NCBI GenBank assembly: GCA_053919585.1
Contig: CM132803.1
Length of the DNA stretch: 64,000 bases
Origin: Euprymna scolopes
Taxonomy: Eukaryota
Direction: 5' to 3' (one strand)
Positions 1 to 11,745 of this stretch are shown piece by piece (position 1 is the first letter of the stretch; each line of letters opens with the position of its first letter). The notes beneath the pieces are model-generated. The model was given only the letters and a program-made list of their open reading frames with translations. It did no database searches and was not told the DNA's origin. The position numbers and the translations under genes were made by a program.

Positions 1-1754
1 CCCATATTTTTGTGAAGTTTATGAAGCATCCCATATTTTTGTGCAGTTTATGAAGCATCCCAAGTATCTTACTAGAGATTCTTTTCAAATATTTATTTCT
101 TTAAGTAGGTTTTGATCCTATAATTGTGTTTCCAGAAGCTTCCCTATTGCTTCAAGGATTTTTTTGATTTTTTAATTATCTCTTTCGTTTGTTTCTATTG
201 ACTTCATGGCGTTCATTTCCAGGATGCATTGGTTTTTACGGATCACTCGTTCACCTAATGCTCTCAGCACATCTCAATTAGGCTATTACTTAAAGTAACA
301 GCAGAAGAATTTTTTTATTTGATTTACCCTGCTATGGTAAACTTTTCTTTTTTTTTTTTCAATTCTGATCAAATATTCAGAGGAAAGTTTGGTAGAGACT
401 TCACACACNNNNNNNNNNNNNNNNNNNNNNNNNNNNNNNNNNNNNNNNNNNNNNNNNNNNNNNNNNNNNNNNNNNNNNNNNNNNNNNNNNNNNNNNNNNN
501 NNNNNNNNNNNNNNNNNNNNNNNNNNNNNNNNNNNNNNNNNNNNNNNNNNNNNNNNNNNNNNNNNNNNNNNNNNNNNNNNNNNNNNNNNNNNNNNNNNNN
601 NNNNNNNNNNNNNNNNNNNNNNNNNNNNNNNATCTTAAATTCCACACAATTATGCAGAATATAGAAATTATGCATAAATAAAATAGTGTAATAGTGAAAT
701 AAAACCAACCATCTTATAAGAAACTATAAAAAAAATGAATAAGTAATTAATTAACATTCGTTTTTTTAAAGGAATATGCAAATTAGTTAACTTTTACGTA
801 GTTGTTTGCATATCTATGCCTGAGTATATTAAGAAGTTCACTTTATTAACTTTTAAATCGAAAAACTAAGCTTTTAATATTAATATGAAAGCGAGAAAAA
901 ACTCACCTTTATAGGTAGATGGAATAGAAGAATAGATAGATAGAAGATCATTAAACATCACATAAATTTGGTACTGTGATTTTGAATTCTTTTATTGAGC
1001 TTTTAAAAACGGACAGAATTTTTCATTATAGCCTCATATTTTGAACATGGCGGATGCAAACTAACATTGTGAGTTGCATGGTTAACCACAAGTTACATGC
1101 ATTCCTCAATATAAACTGTCACCAACATTTACTTTCATATACAGCAGTTCAATCATGGAAAACAGTCAATAAATATTTAATGCCCCGTTTCTTCCATGTT
1201 GTATCTCCCTTTCTTTCTTTTTTTTTTAATCGTCTCATCGTTTTGTTCTTGCTGGAGATGGAACATCCTGCTGGATGCCAGATATTCACCCGCTATTTCA
1301 GACACTCCAACTGAGAGAAGATCTTTTGAAGATTTTAATCAACCGCTGTGAGTGTTAAGGTAATTTCATGCGTGGATGTATGTTATCACCCTCCACCCCT
1401 CTTTGAAAAGATGGGATCGCCTGATACAAATCAAACAAAATTATTTTTTTTTTAATTTCATCTGATTCGCTACTGTGTTGAATACAAAACTTTAAAAACG
1501 GCCTTCATGCTATGATCTAAGTGTAATATCTGTTCTGTCCAAAGATAGTACAATTATATCGTGAGGTTTGTTTGTGCTGAACGTCTATAGAATGGAAATA
1601 TGTGACAAACTTCTGCAAATGTGTTGAAAATAAACACCCATAATCAAATATATTTTGAAACCACATTAATCAAAATACCTGGATTAGTATGCGGGCCTTT
1701 CTAAAAGTAAAGCTTCATATTTTTTAATTGAAAAGTTGAAGAGCTACAAAGGTG

Positions 1755-2040
1755 GAGGTGGTACAATTAAAATGAGCAACATTTTATGCTCTAGAATTTA
1801 TTTTTCTACATAGTCACCACCATTCTCAATGCACTTTTGCCAGCAATGAACGATGACTGTGCATGGAGCATGCTTTGTCGTACAAGAGTCAATCCAATAT
1901 TTTTTTTTAACTCAAAAAGTTAAAGAGTTATAAAGACGGAAATTGTACCATTAAAAGGAGTGACATTTTGTGCTCTAGAATTTATTTTTCCACATAGTCA
2001 TCATCATTCTCTGTGCATTTTTGCCTGCAATTCAATGGCG
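1755..2040 (-). mobile_element. Two tandem 3'-end fragments of a mariner transposase
   Basis: Minus translation ...CWQKCIENGGDYVEK* at ~1800-1850, repeated in degenerate form at ~1945-2035. Confidence 0.7.
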
Positions 2041-2207
2041 AATCTCGGCTTTTGACACATATCCATGATAGGGGTTGCTTTGTTAGAGTCTCACATCATC
2101 AATATCTTTAACAGAAAAATGAAACTTTCAGGTCATGAATGCATACGTTCAGTCATCATAACAATACAAATTGCAATCTTCTCTGATCCATTCAGGCGGA
2201 ACAAAAA

Positions 2208-2275
<68 letters not shown>

Positions 2276-3939
2276 CAGGTGAAATGAAAAATCAGGATTG
2301 AGCCTCAATCGTATAATAAACTATATCAACATATTCTTTTTTAATTCTTATCTATGTAACTTTTTTCGGACCTTGTCTGTTGTGTTAATGCAATTGTATG
2401 AATAAAATTGATTTAAATTGCAGAAGAGGAAGTTTGTTCTTATAACCAAACTATGTTAACCTATTTTTTCTTCGTATCTCACAAGACTAGAAGGATGGAT
2501 ATCTATGCAGCAATCCTTTTCCTTCATACAAGCTTCTCCTACCTTTCTACAAGTCTCAGGTCAACTCTTACCCGAAACCATTGTATCTGACAGAACCCCA
2601 ACTATGGATTAAATGATTATAGTCAAGATTGTCTGCTCTTTTTGACTTCCGGTTTCTGCTTTACAAAGTAAGTTTAGACAGAGTTATAGGATCAAAAGCA
2701 AGTTTATTGCTTTATCAGTTAGACTCGGTGGAAACTGGCTGACTTCTTACTTTGAAAAAAAAAAGAAGAAAATGATACATAAAGAAACATGCCAAACTTA
2801 TTCCAAAACGTCAAAATCTTTGCAGCCTTATTAAAACCAACCACTACTTAATAACAAAAATATTTTTCATCGCATTCTTTTGATTAAATAATTATAAAGA
2901 TGTTGTGCCTTAAAACAAACAAATAAACTTTGAATTCATAGAATCATAAAAACATACCAGTCTGCATTAAAAAATCAAAATACCATAAATAATATATACT
3001 TGCGGGGAGGGGGGCTTTGCCCAGGCGTAATATACGCTTAACTATGATATTTTCATTCGTCCAGATTTCGTATGTATTATTATAGTCGTGATTTCAAAAG
3101 TAAAAAAAAAAAAAGTATTTAGGTGCTATCAGTTAGAATCGAAACCAAAACTGTAGTATTCAAAGCTGGTGACGTTACCACGGTACCAATGTGACACACA
3201 TATAAACCAATTAAAAATTAAAAATAAACTAAGATGAATGTAAAATATGTTTAAAGATTTTTTTTTTTTAATTTTGATCCCCTAAAAACTATTTTAACCA
3301 GCTAAAGACCCATAAAAGAACGGCCCGTAAAAAATTCAATCATTTAAGGCCGTAGCGCCGCTCTGCAGCTTTTAGTTTCGGAAGAGATAGAGTTTGAAAA
3401 TATGGAGACAGACAGACAGACAAACATAAAGTCGTTTACATATTAGACTACTAATAATTATAAGAAATAAAATAAATATTTATTTTTAATTTTCTTATTA
3501 TTTTGTTCCCGCTGGGAATAAGGTATCCTACATCCTATCCATTCCAAATGAGAAATCTTTTCAAGATTCTAACCGTCCCTTTAAATGGAATTATTGTGTC
3601 TCTCTTGCACTTGATTCACTGGGTATATTTGCCAAGTAGTATCGGAAATTCTTTTTCATGAGTTACCTTTAAAAATAGAAGTAAGTTTATTTATTTAGCC
3701 GTTAGAGTTATTTCCCCTTTAAACTGTTTCCCATTTCCCTGTTTTATAGAGAAAAATTGATGTATTTTATACTTCCATAAATCAAACATGTGATCCACTT
3801 TCAGGAAAATCATAAGAAGTTTAGATATTCAGTGTATCTTAAATAGTATGTGAGTAAACCCCCTGCCCGCCAGTATTTTTCAATCTGGCAACGCTGGGTA
3901 CATATAGCTAGTGTAATCTATTATTGTATTATGTTTTAA

Positions 3940-5345
3940 TTGGAGTGTATAGTATAGTATCTGTTCTGTTGTCTTAAGACGACTCTTTTTAAGGGGATGA
4001 AAGTGGAAGTAGTATATGGTTGATTGTTATGAGACCATCTTCACGGGGATAAACCTTCTCTTTTTTCTTTGAAGGGAGATGGGTAGATAGTGTAGTATCT
4101 GTTCCATTGCAATGATACAAGGTGCCTTCAATAAGTTTCCAGACTTTTTTTGTATGGGCACTTTTATCGATATTAAACACATGAAACTCTAGTCTCCTTC
4201 AAAGTAATCTCCTCCGGCTGCAATGCCTTGTTATACCATTCCAACAACTTCTGGAAGGCACTATGGAATTCTTCTTGTATGAGCATGTCAATGACTCTCG
4301 TCACAGCCTCTTTCATCCCCTCAATTGTCTCATAACGACAGTCTCTAAGGTTTTCCTTGAGCTAAGGGAATAACTAAAAGTTACAGGAAGCAAGACTGAG
4401 GAACTGTCTTGATGCCCATCTTGATCAAATAGTCTGTAACAAGGATGGAGTTGTGGACTGCACCCTTAGAACAAACTTTGCGTAAATCTTTTGCTTCTTG
4501 AGTTTCTCACAAATAATTGTGTGTACAATTCCTACACTGACATACAAACTGTGTACTTATTGTCTCTATAGACACATCATGAAATTCTTTATTTGGCCAA
4601 TCAACTCTGGTGTTCTGACTTCCTTGCTCCCCTTACACTTCTCATTATCCCTCACAGACTCCCTGTCTTCCTTGAATCTCTTATGCCACTCAAGAACTGG
4701 TGCTCGATTCATGGTCCAAAAGCACTGAAAAATTCCATACATTTCTGCGGCATTTTTTCTCAAATTTGAAACAGAATTTTATTGCATATCATTCTTCTAA
4801 AGTATCTCCACATTAAGATTGAATTTTGTAAATTCACCAGCTGTGATAATCAATCTTTAGTAGGCTGTATTCCAATTCCTGTTGTAGCTGTTCATTTGAA
4901 CCTGAAATCATAAAAATTGGTCAGTCATCTCATAAGATGTGTAGCAATAACGTACTGAATTTTCAAGAGTCTATGATAATTTTAAATGCCTGTACAAGAA
5001 ATGTCTGGAAACTTATTGACGGCACTTCGTACCATACTCACAGGGATTACTTTTTGCATTTATTGGGTGATCCTCCCAGGTATTGCCTCCTCTTTGGAGA
5101 GTGAGGTGGCAGCATTATAGTATATGTTTGTTTCTCATGATTATCTTCTTCGTTTGAGGAAAGTATACTGTACTATCTATTCTGTTATCATTATATCACC
5201 CTCCCAAGTATTAACTTCTCCTTTTCTGTAGGGGTGAAGGATCATTCATCATGATACCATCTTCCCAATCATTATCTCCTCCTTTTATGGTCAGTGGATT
5301 ATGTATTTGTTCACTATGATATCATTCTCTTGGGTTAGCAAAAAT
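3940..5345 (+). repeat. Old degenerate ~75-80 bp tandem repeat interrupted by the mariner
   Basis: Recurring motifs agt(g/a)tagtatct(g/a)ttc...atgataccatc(c/t)tcccag...tatt(a/g)cctcctcttt on both sides of 4118-5029. Confidence 0.5.
4118..5029 (-). mobile_element. Internally deleted mariner element
   Basis: TIRs caaggtgccttcaataagtttccagac / gtctggaaacttattgacggcacttcg with TA on both sides. Transposase remnants KNAAEMYG..VLEWHKRFKE and HNSILVTDYL.KMGIKTVPQ. Confidence 0.9.
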
Positions 5346-5862
5346 ATGTNNNNNNNNNNNNNNNNNNNNNNNNNNNNNNNNNNNNNNNNNNNNNNNNNNN
5401 NNNNNNNNNNNNNNNNNNNNNNNNNNNNNNNNNNNNNNNNNNNNNNNNNNNNNNNNNNNNNNNNNNNNNNNNNNNNNNNNNNNNNNNNNGAATGAAAAGC
5501 ACATCTTATTTTTCTTTTATTAATATTATTCTTTTTTCCTTGTACACATGTTTGTGAATTATTCCATGGATTTCTGCCTTTGGATTATTATGGACCATCT
5601 TCTTCCAATTACGGGATGTCTTTGGATTTTACTTGTACAAATGGAAATTCTTTTAACTTTCTTGAAATTTTACATTTGGATTTTACCGTCACTGGATTTG
5701 TTATCTTCCACCAGACTATCCATTCATGTGTAATCACCTTTTTCTTTACCATATTCCCTCTGCTTAACTTATTTTGTTTTCAAGTAAGATCTTTGACTTA
5801 CTTGTTGTTTCATCAAATACTTCTGCATGCAAAATCCGATCCTGCATTTTGCTAATTCCTAC

Positions 5863-5909
5863 CCTCTGATGAGAAGGAGAGTATTTCTTCGAAACTCCGC
5901 GGATTAAGG
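5863..5909 (+). ncRNA. Minimal type I hammerhead ribozyme motif (slightly degenerate)
   Basis: cct-CTGATGA-GAAGGAG/agta/TTTCTTC-GAAAC-TCCGCGGA(palindrome)-TTA-agg. Confidence 0.65.
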
Positions 5910-6146
5910 ACTATCCATTTATCTAGTGTTTCCTTTTCAGATTAAATATGTTTTTAACTCATTTCAAAGTGTTTTTTAACATATTTTATTAACTGTTTGC
6001 TCATATATATGTATATATATATGTGTGTGGGTTGGTCATATGAAGACAACTTCCTCAAAAGATTATGATTGAATCATAGATGAAACTGATTGTATCTTTT
6101 CATCTTTGGTATACTGAAAACTGAGTATTGCCAATATGCATTAGAC

Positions 6147-6641
6147 CAGTTGTTTCCAACCACTGTGCCCCGGAATGATTACTGGTGTCCGTAAAGCTAT
6201 AATAGTTAGAAACCATTTAATTTCATTTTGTTGGATTTTAATTTAATTTCTTAATCACAATGACATTGCTCAATTCAAAATTGCCAAATTCCTGGAATCT
6301 AAACGTTTTGCACATGTTAATTGATTAAGTATTTTTTATGGTTTATAATAGTGATAGGACGATTAATCGGAATATCAGGAGTTTTTCAAAGTGTCGGGAA
6401 TCGGCATCAAAGCTGAATAATTGAGACCTGATTTCGATATCAAAGCAATACCAGATATTGAATACAGGATATGTTGGCTTATATGAATATAAATTCACAT
6501 AAACTTTTTTGTTTTTTATTATTTTATTGCAAAGATGCTTTATGAGTAAAAAAATATTTATTTGTTTTTGTGATAGGCGTGCTGTGAAAATTTTAAAAAC
6601 TCTATAGTGTGCCATCATGTAAAAAAGGTTGGGAACCTCTA
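6147..6641. mobile_element. hAT (Charlie-like) non-autonomous element
   Basis: TIR cagttgtttccaacc / ggttgggaacctcta; 8-bp TSD cattagac / cattggac. Confidence 0.8.
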
Positions 6642-8361
6642 CATTGGACTGTAGGTGTAATATTTGAAAGACAATTTTTATGATTAACTATCTCTGAAAA
6701 ATACAGATATTATTCAAATATAGTTAATTATCGAAAAGGACGATAGGCTCAACTGTGTTAATACAACTTTCTAAGTACTTTTCTTTGGAAGAACGCTAAC
6801 TAAAATTTATGTAATTAACTGGCTATTCAGAATAAAATATTGATTTTGTAGGAGAGAATGTATTAATGACAAACTTCAAGGATCTGTCTAACTTGACCTT
6901 ATTATATAAACTAACATTATTTTCTTATTGGCCTAATATCTCGTTTGGGCAACACATTACTGCATGACTGCTTTTCTGCTGGTTAAAACTTGGTTGTCTC
7001 CAAATCCAATGTCAACAAATTCTTGTCATGGATGGCACCGTAAGTAACCCAATGCAGATTATAATGTTGATTAATAATAATACTCCCATAATGCTCCTCA
7101 TTTTTCAGCTGGCAATCATTCTGTCTTGTTAAACATTATCCTTGAGTGGCTCTTGGCTTCATAAGTAGTGAGCCCAATATTAAAAATAAAATCTCAAAGA
7201 CTAACTTCAGAAAGAAAGATCATTAAAACAGACATTAAACCGAATATAATGAAGACCCACAAGAATAAATCCTGCTTTAATAAAGTCAGTTCCTGTAGCA
7301 ACATTCAAATGAGGAGTTACAGCACGCATGCACGCACGCACACACACACTAAGATGTATTGCCTTTGCCGAGTATACATGTTTTGATTAGGAGAGGATCA
7401 ACCCATGCAAATATATTACTCTTAGCATTGAACAACACTACAACTCCTGCTGCTTGATCATTGGTTGCTTGAAGCCTACCAACATTTTTTTAAAACTCTT
7501 ATTCAGCCCAAACAAACCATATTGCCACTTGGATGTAAGGAGCTATTAATTTGGGGCCATATCTACAAGTACACTATGTAGAGAACTGAGTACTGAGATG
7601 CTTGCTTGCATTACATTTAAATTTCTGCATGTTAGAGTACTGTCAGGAAAATAGGAAACAGGCAGGGAATTCCAAAGTCTAGCAGTTAAGGGAATAAACT
7701 ATTACAGTATCCAGAGACCTCTACAGTGAACAACCTGCATCTCCTGACAGAAGTGAGATGAGAAGTTACCAGCCAAGTAGAAATCACAAAAGCTGCAAGT
7801 GATGAATGCCATCTCCTTTATGGACTTGGACTAATGGTTCAATGAATGAAATCAAGGAGAAGCTTCCTCAGGATGTTAAGCCCCTAACAACATCTCAGGA
7901 TAAAACCAGCTTGTATAAATCCTTCCTTCTCTTCTGAATCTCTTTCTTCTGACTCAGAAGCACCCTAGGTTTAGTGAGGACAGAAAAGGGGCAAGCAAAA
8001 GTTGCTATAGTCGGATGGGACTACAAAATCAACACAGCCATCTGCGAATATGGAGAGCAGGACTATACAATGCAGCACTGCCTTGTCCACCAATGCAGTT
8101 TGAAATATCTTACAGGGTGCAATAATAATACAGAAGAGTGCATAAAAAAGTGGGAAACTGTCGGACGATCCCATGTTTCAAAAACACGCAAAGTAGAATA
8201 ACAATATTGAAACCTTTGCTGAAGAATTTACAGGGTTTTTTTTTCTTTTTTAATTACAATTAATTTTAATTATTTTTTTTTTATTTTTTAATTTTTGAAT
8301 TACAAAACTTTTCGTATGGAAGAGAGCTCAATGCAAAGATTATTGTGCAAAGTCTGAGAAC

Positions 8362-8679
8362 TGTAACAGAGTATGACAGTTGTATGTAAATGCCAAACCA
8401 TGTGCGAAGTGACGTCACCGTAAGGAAAAAGAAAACAGCTATAAAAAGAGAGTATATGCAGAGACCGACAATGATGTTCGAGAGGACAGAGGTCAGAGAG
8501 AAGGAGCACGATCACGTTTTATTCAGGAAAGTACCCAGAAATAAATGTTGTTGTTACAAAAAAAAAAAAAAGGAGTCAAATTATTACTTGTCTTATGTTC
8601 CTTGCAACTTACTCTGCTACAATGTGTTGGGACCCAGTGTCTACATGTTAACGTGTGTGTAAATGTGTGTAACATTACA
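8362..8679 (+). mobile_element. Solo LTR (Gypsy-type)
   Basis: TGTAAC...ATTACA ends and 4-bp TSD gaac. Contains CRE TGACGTCA (8410-8417), TATAAAA and AATAAA. Homologous to 18516-18821. Confidence 0.85.
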
Positions 8680-8685
8680 GAACCT

Positions 8686-8770
8686 TGTTGTTTTTTTTTT
8701 GTTTTTTTTTTTACACAGGCACCACCACATTATCAAGGCCAAGAGGGCACTCAAGAATAAGGGTTGCATC
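8686..8770 (-). mobile_element. 3' tail fragment of the CR1/L2-group LINE family
   Basis: poly-T followed by acacaggcaccaccacattatcaaggc...ggcactcaagaataagggtt, similar to the reverse complement of 29190-29250. Confidence 0.6.
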
Positions 8771-9066
8771 AAAATTATGGATCAATCGGGGCAAAATTTG
8801 GAAGCTTCTCTCCTTTCTTGAAAATATTTTGGATACACATCTGAGAACAACAATTCATTCTATGAAAAACAGAAAGTCTGTGATACAAATATTTAATGAT
8901 GAAAACAACAAAGACAGGGATGTTCGTCTGAATAATTTCATGGAATAAGGACAATGGTTCATCTGAAAACTTGAGGCAATAACTGAATCATAAATAAATA
9001 ATGAAATAATAATATAAAAAAATAAAAAGCAATTTACATCGTGTAGAGATGAGACTTCAGATCAAA

Positions 9067-9205
9067 CCTTCTTGGCTATGATCAAAGTGTAGTATCTGTT
9101 CTGATACTACACTTACTATATTCTGTCCTCGGTCAGTGAGAGAAAAATCCTTCTAGATTGAGACAATCTTTACAAATTTTTGTCACAATTGAGAGTAATT
9201 CTTTT
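9067..9205 (+). mobile_element. U2 snRNA-headed SINE-like element
   Basis: ccttcttggctatgatcaaagtgtagtatctgttct matches the U2 5' region. The body is shared with 9760-9955(-), 49470-49650(-), 49830-50065(+) and 50525-50758(-). Confidence 0.75.
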
Positions 9206-9759
9206 TTTTTCTTTTTTTTTTTGGTTTTGGTTGTTTTTGTTTTTGTTTCATGGCATATCAACCCTTTTCTTTTCTTTTCTTTTCAAAATGCAGAATCCTG
9301 TAATTTTGGAAAAAGTATTTATGCTTCAAGTTATTTATATATTTAGATATTTATCTATTGTGTTTGGTTTGCTTTCCTTTTATATGGAAAAATTGTTGTT
9401 CTTAGTTTGGATTTTGCAGAATGCTATTGAGTCTTGCAAAGGGAAAAGAAAAAAAAAACAATAATATTAATGTTTGTTTTATTTTAGGTCAGAAAGCCAG
9501 TATCTTCAGATAGTCTGATTCAATAGCACTAGAAAGTCCTTTCTGAGGAGCTGGATTTTCCCCACATTAAAATCTGTCCATGTATTTAATTTTATCTTTG
9601 TGGAGAGACAAGTAAATAAGGACTTTAAGTTAATTCTGTAAATGATTCTTAGTTATAGTTTATATGTTTATTTGTTTTTTTTTTAGAGGGAAGGGAGCAA
9701 AGTACTTGGCAGAGGATTTTATTTTCCAAAAATTCCAGAAAGATGACACCATGTCCCTA

Positions 9760-9955
9760 TTACTTTCCTTTCCTATGAGAGCAAAGTTGGACACATGATC
9801 AGTTTTCATGTGGAGAGAATCCAACGCCCACCCCCAAAAGAATTACTCTGGATTGGAACAAAGATAAAAACTGCCTAGAAAGACTTCTCCTTCACTGACT
9901 GAGGACAGAAGAAATAAAATGTAGTATGAAAACAGATATTATACATTGATCTTGT
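9760..9955 (-). mobile_element. U2-headed SINE-like element, degenerate copy
   Basis: Minus strand caagatcaatgtataatatctgtt plus the family body and tail. Confidence 0.6.
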
Positions 9956-10599
9956 CTTCTTTACTGTAAATCCAAAGCAGCATTCATAAAAAAACAGATA
10001 CCGAACAATACTATGTTGTCATTTTTAAATACAAGCAAATGCGAGAGTGAAAAATCCAAACTGAGTCAATGTTTTATGCAATTCTCGACTCCCACAGGAA
10101 ATTTTTTTCTCAAACTTAGATTTTGACATGAGCCAAGATATCAGCACTGTTTATCAAACAATAAGATGCTTACATTTTATATTGTAAAAAAATCTGCATC
10201 TTATGCTGGTGTCTATTTTTTTCTAGGAATTCAAATGAGGCATTAATACTGCTCAGATCACAAACTCCAGATAATATTTTTACTCAACAATTTTATGGGG
10301 TTCTTGACTTCACAAAGAATTTCTGGATTGTGATATAATCAAGAGTGTTCACCAAACGATAAGATGCTATAATTTCTTCTTTTTTTTTTTCATCTCTCAT
10401 AAAAAAAATAAAAATAAAAATTTACATCTTATGCTGGTGTTTCAGAATTTTGAAATGAGGATTAATAAATATGAATTATTTGGCTTCTTTGGACAATTGC
10501 TTTCATTGTGGATGTTATTCTTACAACATTTCAGCCAATGTAACCTCTGACCTTCTTCAGATGTATCTTGTTGAACTCTGAAATCTTTATGATAAGCAT

Positions 10600-11440
10600 G
10601 CTAAGCAAAAAATCAGTTCTAAGTGACAGTCTTCTAGCAGTTGAAGGTTCAATACTTAGTATGGGTAATACTAAGAATTTTCATTCATTCAAGCAATGTC
10701 CTGCCTGGTACAGGCATTAATGGCTATGAATCTCCATCTATCTCTTTTCCTCGAGGCATTCATGAATTCATTGTAGCTCATCATTTTTTATGTTGCCCAG
10801 ATGTTCAGACTGTCAATATATGTTTTTTGCTGCCATCCTCTGCTTTTTCTGACCACGATCTTTCCGATCAAACTAATCTGTTCTAATCCACTTTTTCTGT
10901 AGACATGGCCCATGAACCTCATTTGTCTTTTTTGTACTGTTTTTATTAGAGACCTTTCTGTGTTTGCTATTTCTATTACCTCTTGATTTGTTTTCTTTTC
11001 TGTGCAGGATATCTTCAAAATTCTCCTCAGGAATTAAGTTTCAGTTGTCTGTAATCTCTTCCTTCTGCTGTTGGTGATTGTCCAGCATTCACAACCGTAT
11101 AATAAAATAAACCATATATATGTTTGAACTATTCTGAATTTGGTGTCTCTTTTAATGTTTCTGTTGGTCATGATTGATGACAGTCTCTTGAAGGCTAAGA
11201 ATACAATTACAAATTAGTTAAGATTTCTACGGGTCATAGTTGGTGAAATGAAAGCAAACCATACCCATGGATTAAGTAAAGGGTTCCATTCTAAATTTTG
11301 TACAGATTCCCGAGTTTGGCATACAGATTCCTGACTTCAACAAGACATAACTGAAAATGGTCAGAGGTCACATCAGCTGAAACGTTTTTTGAGAATAACG
11401 TCTAAAAAGAAAACAGTTGTCTGAATAATCCAAAACATAA
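10600..11440 (+). mobile_element. tRNA-headed, HHR-like-tailed SINE interrupted by an RTE, with an inverted tail copy at 10480-10590
   Basis: B-box ggttcaatac. The body resumes at 11195 and the tail reads caagacataactgaaaatggtcagaggtcacatcagctgaaacgtt. Homologous to 44418-44750. Confidence 0.7.
10679..11194 (-). mobile_element. 5'-truncated RTE-clade LINE
   Basis: LYGCECWTI / KISCTEKKTNQEV / RQMRFMGHVYRK..GK..RGWQQKTYIDSL, (gaat)n tail, TSD ctaagaat. Confidence 0.85.
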
Positions 11441-11745
11441 ATTTTATGCTGTTGTTCATTTTTCTGGGTAGGGGAATAAGGGGTCAGTAGTGCTCAAGTC
11501 GTACAACTAAAGGGTTGGGATCATTTGGAGCTAAATTGATTAAAATAATTATTTTAATAAACGATACATCTTATAGGCAAGCAGATACAGTATGCTTAAA
11601 AAAAATTGAGACCCTCCTCTCCCTTCTGTCAACAGCCATATAAGTCAAATTCAGTTTTGGTTGTCAACCTCTTTGATCCGGGTTCTTCTGACACCAAAGT
11701 AAAATCAGGTTCTATTTGCAAACTTTTTTTATTCTCTGTTCATAT

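Noticed and set aside
60-300. Possible Penelope/LINE coding remnant
   Set aside because: No diagnostic motif could be read with confidence.
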